Below, one piece after another: positions 12,216 through 23,910 of a stretch of 64,000 bases of DNA (its first letter is position 1; the number at the start of each line of letters is the position of its first letter). The notes under the pieces were generated by a model. That model did not search any database, was not told the DNA's origin, and was given only the letters and a program-made list of their open reading frames with translations. The stretch covers positions 292,715 to 356,714 of the forward strand of contig JADIYD010000009.1 of assembly GCA_016705475.1 (NCBI GenBank), read 5' to 3'. A program made the translations under genes and the position numbers. The DNA comes from Betaproteobacteria bacterium (GTDB lineage: Bacteria > Pseudomonadota > Gammaproteobacteria > Burkholderiales > Rhodocyclaceae).

Positions 12216-13370
12216 ATGATTGAACGACCCGCCGCCGGTGAACGTGCGGTGATCGTTCAGCTTGATTTTGACCAGCCAGATCTTGAAGATCAGCTGGAAG
12301 AAGTCCGTTTGCTGGCCGAGTCGGCAGGAGGCGTGGTCGCTGCAGAGGTGTTCGGTCGGCGTCAAAGCCCTGATCCGAAGACTTTTGCGGGCAAGGGCAA
12401 AGTTGATGAAATCGGCGCGATGCTGGCGGCTGCTGAGGCAGATCTGGTGATTTTTAATCACGATCTGTCGCCGGCGCAGGAACGGAATCTCGAGCGAGCG
12501 CTCAAATGTCGGGTGATCGACCGTACCAGTCTGATTCTTGATATTTTCGCCTTGCGTGCTTCAAGTGCCGAGGGCAAGTTGCAGGTTGAACTGGCCCAAC
12601 TCGAACACTTGTCCACGCGGCTGGTGCGTGGCTGGACACACCTTGAGCGGCAGCGCGGTGGTATCGGTATGCGCGGACCGGGTGAAAAGCAGCTGGAGAC
12701 GGACCGCCGCTTGTTGGGTAATCGCGTCAAGTTATTGAAAGACCGGCTTGCAAAACTCTCCCGGCAACGGGGTGTTCAGCGCAAGGCTCGAATGCGCGGC
12801 GACGTCCTGAACGTTTCTCTTGTTGGCTACACAAATGCCGGCAAGTCAACCTTGTTCAATGCATTGACGCATGCCGGGGTGTTCGCGGCCGATCAGCTAT
12901 TCGCGACGCTCGACACGACTTCACGTAAGCTTTGGATCGAAGGCGCTGGCAATATCGTTATTTCCGATACTGTCGGTTTCATCCGTGACTTGCCCCACTC
13001 GTTGGTCGACGCTTTTCATGCAACGCTTGAGGTGGCAACACATGCGGATTTGCTTTTGCATGTTGTTGATAGCGCTAGTCATGCCCGCGATGAGCAGGTG
13101 GACGAAGTTAACAAAGTTCTCCGTGAGATTGGTGCAGACTGCGTCAAGCAGCTGGTTGTCTGGAACAAGATAGACCTGACCGAGGCCCAGCCGGGCGTCG
13201 AGCGGGATGTATATGGTAATATCGCGCGCGTTCGAGTCAGTGCGCGGACTGGAGAAGGCTTGGATTTGTTGCGTGAATCCCTGGCCGAGTATGCCCGAGC
13301 CAAGGCTGATGCCCGTCAGAAGGCGATAGCTGAAGCTGAATTTGAAGCACAACACGACTACATTAACTGA
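12216..13370 (+). CDS. hflX: GTPase HflX
   Basis: GPGEKQLE, GYTNAGKS, DTVGFI. Confidence 0.97.
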   Translation: MIERPAAGERAVIVQLDFDQPDLEDQLEEVRLLAESAGGVVAAEVFGRRQSPDPKTFAGKGKVDEIGAMLAAAEADLVIFNHDLSPAQERNLERALKCRVIDRTSLILDIFALRASSAEGKLQVELAQLEHLSTRLVRGWTHLERQRGGIGMRGPGEKQLETDRRLLGNRVKLLKDRLAKLSRQRGVQRKARMRGDVLNVSLVGYTNAGKSTLFNALTHAGVFAADQLFATLDTTSRKLWIEGAGNIVISDTVGFIRDLPHSLVDAFHATLEVATHADLLLHVVDSASHARDEQVDEVNKVLREIGADCVKQLVVWNKIDLTEAQPGVERDVYGNIARVRVSARTGEGLDLLRESLAEYARAKADARQKAIAEAEFEAQHDYIN

Positions 13371-13382
13371 ATCCCGACATCC

Positions 13383-14717
13383 ATGATCCCGACCTTAGGT
13401 ATTTTTATGTCGCTCAATGACCCGCAGTGGGGTAACCGCGGCGGCAATGACGATGACAAATCAGGTGGCAACGGCCCACGCCGACCGAATGACGGCCCGC
13501 CTGACCTCGAAGAGCTATGGCGCGATTTCAATCGCAAATTGTCCGGCATGTTCGGCAAAAAAGGCGGTGGCGGTGGCAACGGCGGTGGTGACGGCCCACG
13601 CATGCCAAATATCGATTTCAATCCGAAATTCATCGGTGGTGGCGTCGGCCTCCTGGTCGGACTGGTCGCTGTGGTCTGGCTCGCCTCCGGTTTCTATATC
13701 GTTGACGCTTCGCAGCGCGGCCTTGTGCTCCAGTTCGGTAGCTTCAAGGAAGCGACCGATCCCGGTCTGCGCTGGCGCCTGCCGTATCCGATTCAGTCGC
13801 ATGAACTGGTCAATCTGACAGGCGTACGCACCATCGAAATCGGCTATCGTGGCAGCGAGCGCAACAAGGTGCTTAAGGAAGCACTGATGCTGACCGATGA
13901 CGAGAACATCGTTAACATCCAGTTTGCCGTCCAGTACATTCTCAAGGACCCGGTCGAGTATTTGTTCAATAACCGATCGACCGATGAAGCCGTGATGGGT
14001 GCTGCCGAATCGGCAGTTCGTGAAATTGTTGGCAAGAGCAAGATGGATTACGTGCTCTACGAAGGTCGCGAGCAGATCGCCACCCAGGCCGCCAAGCTCA
14101 TGCAGGACATTCTTGATCGTTACCAGAGCGGTATCCTGATTTCCAAGGTGACCATGCAGAACGCCCAGCCACCCGAGCAGGTGCAGTCTGCTTTCGATGA
14201 TGCCGTGAAGGCGGGTCAGGATCGCGAGCGCCAGAAAAATGAAGGTCAGGCCTACGCCAACGACGTGATTCCGAAAGCCAAGGGTACGTCGGCGCGGCTG
14301 CTTGAAGAAGCGAATGGCTACAAGCAGCGCGTCATTTCGTCGGCCGAAGGTGATGCCTCGCGCTTCAAGCAGGTGCTGACCGAGTACGCCAAGGCGCCGG
14401 AGGTGACCCGCCAGCGCATGTATTTGGAAACCATGCAGCAAATTTATTCCAACACCAGCAAGGTCTTGGTTGACGCCAAGGGTCAGGGCAACCTCCTGTA
14501 TTTGCCACTCGACAAGCTGATGCAGGCCACTGCCGCGACGACGGCAGCTCAGGCGGCACCTGAAGCCTCGGTGGCGCCATCGACGGCCAAACCGACGGCT
14601 CCGCTGTCCAATGAGGCACCGCCGCAGCTTGAGGCGGCGCCGAAGGTCGGTGGTGGTTCGTATTCTGGAAGTTCGCGCGAAGGTTCGCTGCGTTCGCGTG
14701 ATCGGGAGGGACGGTAA
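13383..14717 (+). CDS. hflK: FtsH modulator HflK (start may be 13407, MSLNDPQWG)
   Basis: GPPDLEELW N-terminus, TM, SPFH domain. Confidence 0.95.
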   Translation: MIPTLGIFMSLNDPQWGNRGGNDDDKSGGNGPRRPNDGPPDLEELWRDFNRKLSGMFGKKGGGGGNGGGDGPRMPNIDFNPKFIGGGVGLLVGLVAVVWLASGFYIVDASQRGLVLQFGSFKEATDPGLRWRLPYPIQSHELVNLTGVRTIEIGYRGSERNKVLKEALMLTDDENIVNIQFAVQYILKDPVEYLFNNRSTDEAVMGAAESAVREIVGKSKMDYVLYEGREQIATQAAKLMQDILDRYQSGILISKVTMQNAQPPEQVQSAFDDAVKAGQDRERQKNEGQAYANDVIPKAKGTSARLLEEANGYKQRVISSAEGDASRFKQVLTEYAKAPEVTRQRMYLETMQQIYSNTSKVLVDAKGQGNLLYLPLDKLMQATAATTAAQAAPEASVAPSTAKPTAPLSNEAPPQLEAAPKVGGGSYSGSSREGSLRSRDREGR

Positions 14718-15604
14718 TGAGTCCGCGTATTAATTTGTTGGGGGCAGTTCTCGCCACCGTCCTGGTCGTCTTGGCCATGTCGATATTTACTGTCGATCAG
14801 CGCCAGTACGCTGTCGTTTTCCAGTTGGGTGAGGTCAAGCGGGCGATCAGCGAGCCGGGTCTCTATTTCAAGATCCCGATGGTCCAGAATGTTCGCTATT
14901 TCGAGAAGCGAATCATCACGCTGGATAATGCCGAGCCGGAACGTTTCATTACGTCTGAAAAGAAGAATGTGCTGGTTGATTCCTATATCAAATGGCGCAT
15001 TGTCGATCCCCAGCTCTACTACATTTCGGTGGGTGGGGATGAGTCGCGGGCCAAGACCCGTCTGAATCAGACGGTCAACGCCGGACTGCGCGAAGAATTC
15101 GGCAAGCGTACGGTGCATGATGTCGTTTCCGGCGAGCGTGACCAAGTCATGAACCAGATGCGCGAAAAGGCTGACATTGATGCACGCAAGATCGGTGTCC
15201 AGATCGTTGACGTGCGTCTCAAGCGCGTCGAGTTGCCCACCGAAGTCAGCGAAGCCGTTTATCGCCGCATGGAAGCCGAGCGCAAGCGGGTGGCCAACGA
15301 ACTGCGTTCAGAAGGTTCGGCCGAAGCTGAAAAGATCCGTGCGGACGCCGATCGTCAGCGCGAAATTATTGTCGCCGAAGCCTATCGCGATGCCCAGAAG
15401 ATCAAGGGTGAGGGCGATGCCAAGGCGACCAACACCTATGCTCAGGCCTTTGGCCAGAATGCCGAGTTCTACGCCTTCTATCGCAGTCTCGAAGCGTATC
15501 GCGGCAGCTTCAAGAGTAAGGGTGATGTGCTGGTCATCGAACCCAGTTCGGACTTCTTCAAGTACATGAAGAGTGGCGGACGTGGTGCTGACAAAGGCAA
15601 ATGA
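14717..15604 (+). CDS. hflC: FtsH modulator HflC
   Basis: SPFH domain, RMEAER, FYAFYRSLEAY. Confidence 0.96.
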   Translation: MSPRINLLGAVLATVLVVLAMSIFTVDQRQYAVVFQLGEVKRAISEPGLYFKIPMVQNVRYFEKRIITLDNAEPERFITSEKKNVLVDSYIKWRIVDPQLYYISVGGDESRAKTRLNQTVNAGLREEFGKRTVHDVVSGERDQVMNQMREKADIDARKIGVQIVDVRLKRVELPTEVSEAVYRRMEAERKRVANELRSEGSAEAEKIRADADRQREIIVAEAYRDAQKIKGEGDAKATNTYAQAFGQNAEFYAFYRSLEAYRGSFKSKGDVLVIEPSSDFFKYMKSGGRGADKGK

Positions 15605-15786
15605 TCTCTACCTTACTGATTGCCTTCGCGCTCATGCTGGTGCTCGAAGGCCTCATGCCCTTTATTGCGCCTGCGGCCTGGCGTGAAACGTTCCGTCGCC
15701 TCATTCAGCTATCCGATGGGCAGATCCGCTTTATCGGTCTGACTTCGATGCTGATTGGCCTAATCCTGTTGATTGTTTTCTCATGA
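15601..15786 (+). CDS. DUF2065 (YjeT-like) small membrane protein
   Basis: LVLEGL.PF..P..WR pattern; conserved after hflC. Confidence 0.85.
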   Translation: MISTLLIAFALMLVLEGLMPFIAPAAWRETFRRLIQLSDGQIRFIGLTSMLIGLILLIVFS

Positions 15787-16937
15787 ACTGGCTGTTACCT
15801 GAGTACCTTGCCGATGCGTTGCCTGCGGAAGCAGCTCGTATCGAGAGCATGCGCCGAGTTGTGCTCGACCATTGTCGTGGTCATGGCTACGAACTGGTCA
15901 TGCCACCGATGTTGGAATATCTTGAGTCCTTGCTGACCGGTGCCGGCCAGGATCTGAAACTGCGTACTTTCAAGCTGGTCGATCAGCTGTCGGGACGGAC
16001 CATGGGGGTTCGTGCAGACATCACGCCGCAGGCTGCGCGCATTGATGCACATCTGCTTAACCATCAGGGGGTGACTCGCCTGTGTTACTGCGGTAGCGTG
16101 CTGCATACGCTGCCTGCAACGATTTCAGCTGGCCGCGAGCCGGTTCAGATTGGTGCTGAGCTCTATGGTTTTGCAGGGATCGAGGCTGATCTCGACGTTA
16201 TTCGTTTAATGGCTGGGGCGTTCGAGCGGGTAAAGCTGCCGGTTAGTCGTATTGACCTCGGCCACGTTGGAATCTTTCAGGCCTTGGCTGAGGCGGCTGG
16301 TCTGCCGCAGGAAGCCGAGGACGCACTTTTGAGCCTACTGCAGGCCAAGGATGTGCCGGGACTGGAAGAGGCCTGTGTCAATGTGCCGTCGCCTTATCGC
16401 GAAGCCCTGCAACGATTGCCGCAACTCTACGGTGGCGCAGAAGTGCTTGACCGGGCAGAAGCAGAGTTGCCTGCCCTGCCAGCGATTACGGCTGCTCTGA
16501 GCGGTCTGCGCCACTTATTGGACGGCGCGCCTGATCTGCCTTTCTCGATTGACCTTTCCGACCTGCGTGGTTACCACTATCACAATGGCGTTGTCTTCGC
16601 TGCATACTGTCCGGGCTACCCGGTGGCAATTGCGATGGGCGGTCGTTACGATGGTGCCGGCAAAGCCTTTGGCCGCGCACGCCCTGCGACCGGGTTTTCA
16701 ATGGATTTGCGTGAAGTGGCGCGTCTGGCACCAGCGGGAAAGTCAAATGGTGCGATCCTGGCCCCCCATGCCGGACACGATGCGCGTTTGGCTGCCCATA
16801 TTGCTGCGCTACGCGAACAAGGCGAAATTGTTGTCCAGCTACTACCCGGCGAAACAGCCTGTGAAGGTCCGGTCTGTGACCGAAAAATGGCGTTGGTGGG
16901 CGAACACTGGATTATTGAAGCGATACAAGAGGATTAA
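15783..16937 (+). CDS. hisZ: ATP phosphoribosyltransferase regulatory subunit
   Basis: HisRS-like fold (RADITPQ, GGRYD, RPATGFS); upstream of purA. Confidence 0.95.
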   Translation: MNWLLPEYLADALPAEAARIESMRRVVLDHCRGHGYELVMPPMLEYLESLLTGAGQDLKLRTFKLVDQLSGRTMGVRADITPQAARIDAHLLNHQGVTRLCYCGSVLHTLPATISAGREPVQIGAELYGFAGIEADLDVIRLMAGAFERVKLPVSRIDLGHVGIFQALAEAAGLPQEAEDALLSLLQAKDVPGLEEACVNVPSPYREALQRLPQLYGGAEVLDRAEAELPALPAITAALSGLRHLLDGAPDLPFSIDLSDLRGYHYHNGVVFAAYCPGYPVAIAMGGRYDGAGKAFGRARPATGFSMDLREVARLAPAGKSNGAILAPHAGHDARLAAHIAALREQGEIVVQLLPGETACEGPVCDRKMALVGEHWIIEAIQED

Positions 16938-18251
<1,314 letters not shown>

Positions 18252-18270
18252 GCGAATATCGCCGATTGTG

Positions 18271-18303
18271 AAAAACGGGCCCTTTCGGGCCCGTTCTGCT
18301 TTT
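18271..18303. terminator. Probable bidirectional terminator between convergent genes
   Basis: AACGGGCCC-TTTC-GGGCCCGTT hairpin flanked by A and T runs. Confidence 0.75.
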
Positions 18304-18700
18304 AGCGTGCGGGTACTGCCTGCCAGCCTTCGGGGCATGCGTTGGTATTGGGATAATATTGGCCAGACGAGCCGCAGTAATACCAGGTTCCGTATTCAGC
18401 CGGCGCCGGGCGGGGTGCGGCGCTATAGTAGGCCGGTTCGGGAGTGTAGCTGTAGACGGGGGTCTGGCTATAACTGTACACAGGCGCGGCAGCATAGCTA
18501 TGCTGAGAGGCAACTGCTGCACCAATGGCCAGGCCTGCAATCGCCAGAACGGCAGCCGGGCCTGCCCAGCCGTGGCCGCCCCGTTCTCCATGATGTCCAT
18601 GGCCGTGTCCGCCGTGACGATATCCTCTGTCTGCCAGGGCAGATGTGGTTGCGGTTGCAGCCAGCGTGGCGGCGATAAACAGGGCAGTAATTTTTTTCAT
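18302..18700 (-). CDS. Exported Gly/His- and Pro/Tyr-rich hypothetical protein
   Basis: Signal peptide MKKITALFIAATLAATATTSALA; C-terminal WYYC...YYP....CP.GW motif. Confidence 0.75.
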   Translation of the reverse strand: MKKITALFIAATLAATATTSALADRGYRHGGHGHGHHGERGGHGWAGPAAVLAIAGLAIGAAVASQHSYAAAPVYSYSQTPVYSYTPEPAYYSAAPRPAPAEYGTWYYCGSSGQYYPNTNACPEGWQAVPAR

Positions 18701-18889
18701 GGTTTTGACTCGTATTTGTCGTTTGGACAAGCCGAATAACGCGGGACGTGGCAGGAAGATGACCCGTGCTGTGTACGCAAGTGTTAGCAATTGTTACGGC
18801 CGTACGGCGAAGCATGTGCTATGAGACAATGCGCTTGCGATTGGCAATCGGCCGTGTTGGCCGGTTACCGAAGCCCGGCGGCAGAAATG

Positions 18890-18917
18890 AAAAAAGGCCT
18901 TGTTTTAACAAGGCCTT
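18890..18917 (-). terminator. Terminator downstream of tRNA-Leu
   Basis: Inverted repeat AAGGCCTTGTT/AACAAGGCCTT followed by a T-run on the minus strand. Confidence 0.8.
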
Positions 18918-18930
18918 CTATCAAAATCGC

Positions 18931-19015
<85 letters not shown>

Positions 19016-19055
19016 ACAGGTGCGAAGAGCCGCCATTATAGAGAAAGAAGAACTG

Positions 19056-21542
19056 ATGTCAAGAAAAAAACTATCAAAAATCCGTCGTGCAGATCCCTTC
19101 TTCGAGCGTGAATTGGCTCGCTACGAGTTCCCTTTGCCTTCGCGTGAATATGTCTCGCAGGTGCTGGCTGACGAAGGTCGGCCTGTTGAGTTTCATGAGC
19201 TTATCGAGTTGCTGGATATCACCACTACTGAGCGCGAGATGTTCCAGCGTCGCCTGGGTGCCATGGAGCGCGAAGGTCAGTTGATGCGCAACCGCAAGGG
19301 CGCTTACATCCTGCCCGAACGGGCCAGTCTGACACCGGGGCGTATCCAGGGGCATCCGGATGGGTATGGTTTCCTGATTCCCGATGATGGTAGTGCAGAT
19401 ATCTTCCTTGATCAGCACCAGATGGGGAAAGTGCTGCATGGTGACCGGGCGCTAGTTCGGGTTACCGGCATTGACCGCAAGGGTCGTCCCGAGGGTGGCA
19501 TTGTCGAGGTGACCGAGCGGGTCAATACACGAATTGTTGGCCGGGTTTTCGTCGAGCATGGTGTCGTCGTGGTGGCACCCGAAAACAAGCGTATTTCCCA
19601 GGACATTCTGGTGCCGCCCGTGCCGAAGGCCAAGGACAAGCCGCAGTCCGGACAGGTGGTGATGGTCGAGATCATCGAGCAGCCGAGCAAGTTCTCGCAG
19701 CCGATCGGCAAGATCATCGAGGTCCTTGGTAATTACGCCGATCCGGGCATGGAGATTGAGATTGCCCTGCGCAAGCACGATCTGCCTTTCGAGTTTTCCA
19801 AATCGGCGCTGGATGAGAACAAGGCTTTGCCCGACAAGGTGACCAAAGCCGATCTCAAAGGCCGTGTCGATTTGCGCGATGTGGCGCTGGTCACCATCGA
19901 CGGCGAAACGGCGCGCGATTTCGACGATGCAGTCTATTGCGAAAAGAAGGGGCGCGGCTGGCGCCTGATCGTGGCGATTGCTGACGTGTCGCATTACGTC
20001 AAGCCGGGCATGGCGCTTGACCGCGAGGCTGTGGAACGCGGTAACTCGGTCTATTTTCCGCGGCGGGTGATCCCGATGCTGCCCGAGAAGCTTTCCAACG
20101 GTATCTGTTCATTGAATCCTGATGTCGAGCGCATGGCCATGGTCTGCGATATGGAGATCAGCTCGACGGGCAAGATTGGCAAATACAAGTTCTATCCGGC
20201 CGTGTTCAAGTCACACGCACGCCTGACCTACAACCTCGTCTGGTCGTGGTTGTCTGGTGAAAAAGAGCCTGAATCCGATGTCCACCGCAGCGTTCTGCCT
20301 CACGTGCAGAATCTCTACAAGTTGTTCGCCGCCTTGCACAAGGCGCGTGCTCAGCGCGGGGCGATTGACTTCGAGACGACCGAAACGCAGATGCTGTTCA
20401 ACGAACAGGGCAAGATTGAAAACATCGTGCCCGTGGTGCGCAACGATGCACACCGGATCATCGAGGAGTGCATGCTGGCGGCCAATGTCTGCGCCTCTGA
20501 ATTTCTTGCGGAGCACAAGCAAACCTGTCTGTACCGTGTTCACGCCGTGCCATCGGAGGAAAAGCTGGCCAACCTGCGTACCTTCCTGGGCGAGTTCGGG
20601 CTGGCGTTGGGTGGCGGCGATGATCCGCAGGCAAAGGATTACGCCATCCTGCTTGAAAAGGTCAAGCTACGTCCCGACTTCCAGTTGCTGCAGACGGTGA
20701 TGCTGCGGTCGCTGCGCCAGGCGATGTACAGCCCGGACAATGTCGGGCACTTCGGTCTGGCCTACGAGCACTACACGCATTTCACGTCGCCGATCCGGCG
20801 CTATCCTGACCTGCTGGTACATCGTGCTATCAAGGCCGTGCTGGCTGGTGAGACCTATACGCCTGATCGCTCGTGGGATGACATCGGCCTGCAGTGCTCA
20901 AGCACCGAGCGTCGCGCCGACGAAGCGACCCGCGATGTCGAGAACTGGCTGAAGACCTTCTTCATGAAGGAACGCATCGGTGAGGAGTTTGACGGGACCA
21001 TTTCCGGCGTTACTGCGTTTGGCATTTTCGTGGCGCTCGATGCCGTTTATATCGAAGGCCTGGTGCATGTATCCGAACTGGGGGCTGATTACTTCCAGTT
21101 CGATAACATCAAGCACCAGATGCTCGGTGAGCGGACGGGACAGCGTTTCCGTCTCGGCGACCGGGTGCGGGTCAAGCTGGTGCGCGCCGATCTCGAATCG
21201 AACCGGATCGATTTCGTGCTGGCGGGAACAGAGAAGGCCTACGCCGGCAAAAGAACCCTGCCAAAGGCGGCGGTTAAGCCGACTGGGCTTAGGCCCGCGG
21301 CCAACGCAGTCGGGACACGGGCTCCCGTCGCCAAGGCGCCGACGAAATCGGATAAACCAGTTGCCAAGCCCACGGCCAAGCCGGCAGTCAAAAAGACTGC
21401 TGCAAAAAAGTCAGCTAAGCCAGTGGTCAAGGGCGTAGCCAAACCTGTTGCGAAAAAATCAGCTGCCAAGAAATCGGCGGCGCCGCGCAGCAAGATCGCT
21501 GGCGCCAAGCCGGCTAAAAAGGCAGCGCCCAAGAAACGCTGA
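19056..21542 (+). CDS. rnr: Ribonuclease R
   Basis: TIDGETARDFDDA RNB motif, HFTSPIRRYPD, S1 domain; true start MSRKK at 19056 (the longer ORF start overlaps the tRNA). Confidence 0.97.
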   Translation: MSRKKLSKIRRADPFFERELARYEFPLPSREYVSQVLADEGRPVEFHELIELLDITTTEREMFQRRLGAMEREGQLMRNRKGAYILPERASLTPGRIQGHPDGYGFLIPDDGSADIFLDQHQMGKVLHGDRALVRVTGIDRKGRPEGGIVEVTERVNTRIVGRVFVEHGVVVVAPENKRISQDILVPPVPKAKDKPQSGQVVMVEIIEQPSKFSQPIGKIIEVLGNYADPGMEIEIALRKHDLPFEFSKSALDENKALPDKVTKADLKGRVDLRDVALVTIDGETARDFDDAVYCEKKGRGWRLIVAIADVSHYVKPGMALDREAVERGNSVYFPRRVIPMLPEKLSNGICSLNPDVERMAMVCDMEISSTGKIGKYKFYPAVFKSHARLTYNLVWSWLSGEKEPESDVHRSVLPHVQNLYKLFAALHKARAQRGAIDFETTETQMLFNEQGKIENIVPVVRNDAHRIIEECMLAANVCASEFLAEHKQTCLYRVHAVPSEEKLANLRTFLGEFGLALGGGDDPQAKDYAILLEKVKLRPDFQLLQTVMLRSLRQAMYSPDNVGHFGLAYEHYTHFTSPIRRYPDLLVHRAIKAVLAGETYTPDRSWDDIGLQCSSTERRADEATRDVENWLKTFFMKERIGEEFDGTISGVTAFGIFVALDAVYIEGLVHVSELGADYFQFDNIKHQMLGERTGQRFRLGDRVRVKLVRADLESNRIDFVLAGTEKAYAGKRTLPKAAVKPTGLRPAANAVGTRAPVAKAPTKSDKPVAKPTAKPAVKKTAAKKSAKPVVKGVAKPVAKKSAAKKSAAPRSKIAGAKPAKKAAPKKR

Positions 21543-21557
21543 CCGACGCTGTTGTGC

Positions 21558-22421
21558 TCAGTGGTGTGGCGGGTCGAGCAGATCCGCCGCCTTGAGCGCG
21601 ATGGCGGCCGCCTGTTCTTCGTCCAGTCCGGGCAATTGTGCGGTCAGCCATTCCAGCGATGCGCCGGGGATGATGTGCTTGGCGGCCGCGATGTCGGCTG
21701 GCAGGGCAGGATCATCGGGGCCGCTGCTGATATGGCGCGCCGTGTCGACACAAAGGCGGGAGAGGTTGGCCCGGGTGTTGTCGATACCGCGTATCAACTG
21801 CGTCAGGAGGGACGGCAGGTGCCAGATCGTGGCGCACTTGAGAGTCAGATCCTTGAAGCGGAAACCGCAGGTATCAACCTGCGCCTGCAGCGAGCGCGCG
21901 GAATGCCCCGAGTGCAGGGCTTCAAGTGCAGCCAGAGGCAATTCCTTGGCGAAGGACCAGAGCAGCAGTTCGCCGATTTCGGAAAGCAGGGAGGCCATCG
22001 CCACTTCGTCCGGCGAAATGTCGGCCCGTGCGGCACCCCAGCGCAGGGCAAGGCGACTGGACAGATGGGCGCGGGCTTCGCATTCGGCGAGCCCGTGGTT
22101 CGATTCATCGGTTTCCGGACAGTCGAGAATCAGCTTGTGTACCGCATCAGTGCCCAGTTGCATGACGGTACCGAGCGGATTGGTGGTCTCGTGCCCAAGG
22201 CGCTGGGCGCGGTGGCTTTCTGCCTCGCGTAACAGGCGCAGGCAAAGGAATGGATCGGCGGCGGCAATGTCCGCAAGGTCACGGGCAGCGAGCCGTTCGC
22301 CACGCTCGGCTTCAAGTTCAAGCAGGCGCGCCTTGGAGCGTGGCATGCAGGGCAACTCGAGGCTGCTCAAATATGCAGCCCACTGATCGACGCCCCAATG
22401 TTTCTGGTGTTCGGTTAGCAA
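21558..22421 (-). CDS. HDOD domain signal-transduction protein
   Basis: LPCMP...DPFL..RLLR.A...LG and LL.EIGELLL...W.LP patterns typical of HDOD. Confidence 0.75.
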   Translation of the reverse strand: MLTEHQKHWGVDQWAAYLSSLELPCMPRSKARLLELEAERGERLAARDLADIAAADPFLCLRLLREAESHRAQRLGHETTNPLGTVMQLGTDAVHKLILDCPETDESNHGLAECEARAHLSSRLALRWGAARADISPDEVAMASLLSEIGELLLWSFAKELPLAALEALHSGHSARSLQAQVDTCGFRFKDLTLKCATIWHLPSLLTQLIRGIDNTRANLSRLCVDTARHISSGPDDPALPADIAAAKHIIPGASLEWLTAQLPGLDEEQAAAIALKAADLLDPPHH

Positions 22422-22542
22422 TTGGTTTTCCGGGTTGGCGCAATGACTGTGCTTGGAGCTTATTACAAAACTTCACTTTTGCGACGTAGGTGTCGCCAAG
22501 CGCTGACGCTAGAATATTCTTTTTAGTACTTTCGGGATAGGA

Positions 22543-23103
22543 ATGACCGATCAGCGTCTGATTTCTGAATCTCGTGATGTGAAGCCCTTGGTCGGTGATT
22601 TGTCCAAATGCACTGCCTATTGGCTGTCGACCGGAAAATTGCCGCCCGAGCTGATTACCGGGCACAAACTGATCGATATTGAGCACCAGTTCCTGATCTC
22701 ATCCATCGCCAACTTGCGCAGGGTGTGCATCGATCATGTGAATCTGAAGGACTGCTCCGGGTGCAGTGCTGAACGGCAGCAGACTTGTGAAACAGACCTG
22801 GTTTCCATGCTCGGTGACGTCTTCGCCTTTATCCTTGATCACTTCCAGACCGAAGAAACGGTCATGCGCGACTCGCTGCTGCTGATGGGCGACCGCGATG
22901 TTTGCGAAGCGCACATGGAAGATCATGCGGCGATTTCATCGGCGGTGCAGAAAATTGTTTCGTCACTCGATCACCGGCAAGTGGTTTCTCAGATCCGCGA
23001 TCTGGATGCATTGCTTGCCCGCTGGGTGACCAACCACATTGCGCTGCATGATCTGATGCTGTCGCGCTGGATTGCCCGCGAGGATTCGTTTCTCCCGAAG
23101 TAA
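22543..23103 (+). CDS. Hemerythrin-domain protein with Cys-rich insert
   Basis: TGHKLIDIEH, HFQTEE, HMEDH, WVTNHIALHD hemerythrin ligand pattern. Confidence 0.85.
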   Translation: MTDQRLISESRDVKPLVGDLSKCTAYWLSTGKLPPELITGHKLIDIEHQFLISSIANLRRVCIDHVNLKDCSGCSAERQQTCETDLVSMLGDVFAFILDHFQTEETVMRDSLLLMGDRDVCEAHMEDHAAISSAVQKIVSSLDHRQVVSQIRDLDALLARWVTNHIALHDLMLSRWIAREDSFLPK

Positions 23104-23174
23104 TGAGGGAGGGCAATATCGGGCCGATGGCGCTGGCGAGGTAAAATTCGCTCTTCAGTTTTTCGAAAGCAGCC

Positions 23175-23906
23175 ATGTCTTCCCGCCTGATCTACGGCTT
23201 TCATGCCGTTACCGCCAAACTTCGCCACGACCCGGAGTCGATCAAGGAAATTGTTTTTGATGCGACTCGCCACGATGCGCGCGCCCGCGACTTGCTGGCC
23301 CACGCCGAATTGCAGGGCGTCAAGGTGATCGGTGCTGACGGCAAGCGGCTCGATGGCATGGCACCCGGTGCCAAGCACCAGGGAGTGCTCGCCCTGATCG
23401 AAGGCGATCGCAAGCTGGCGCATCTCGATGATGTGCTCGATACGCTCGAAGAGCCGGCCTTTCTGCTCGTGCTGGACGGCATCACCGATCCGCGCAATCT
23501 CGGTGCATGCCTGCGCGTGGCCGATGCGGCGGGCGTCCATGCCGTCATCGCGCCCAAGGACCGTGCCGTCGGCCTGACCGACGTGGCAGCCAAGACGGCC
23601 TGTGGTGCTGCGGAAACGGTGCCTTACGTGATGGTGACCAATCTGGCGCGAACGCTGCGCGAATTGCAGGAACGCGAGATCTGGGTGGTCGGTACGGCCG
23701 GCGAGGCGGAGAGCGATCTTTATGCGGCCGAATGGCCGAAGGCGACGGCCTGGGTGCTCGGCGCCGAAGGCGAGGGCATGCGCCGCCTGACGCGCGAGAA
23801 TTGTGATCAACTGGTCAAGATTCCCATGCACGGCACGGTTGATAGTCTGAATGTCTCCGTTGCCGCCGGGGTTTGCCTTTTCGAGGCCCGCCGGCGCCTC
23901 GGCTGA
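23175..23906 (+). CDS. rlmB: 23S rRNA G2251 2'-O-methyltransferase
   Basis: HQGV, DPRNLGAC.R, GAEGEG, SLNVSVA SPOUT motifs. Confidence 0.96.
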   Translation: MSSRLIYGFHAVTAKLRHDPESIKEIVFDATRHDARARDLLAHAELQGVKVIGADGKRLDGMAPGAKHQGVLALIEGDRKLAHLDDVLDTLEEPAFLLVLDGITDPRNLGACLRVADAAGVHAVIAPKDRAVGLTDVAAKTACGAAETVPYVMVTNLARTLRELQEREIWVVGTAGEAESDLYAAEWPKATAWVLGAEGEGMRRLTRENCDQLVKIPMHGTVDSLNVSVAAGVCLFEARRRLG

Positions 23907-23910
23907 TTTC

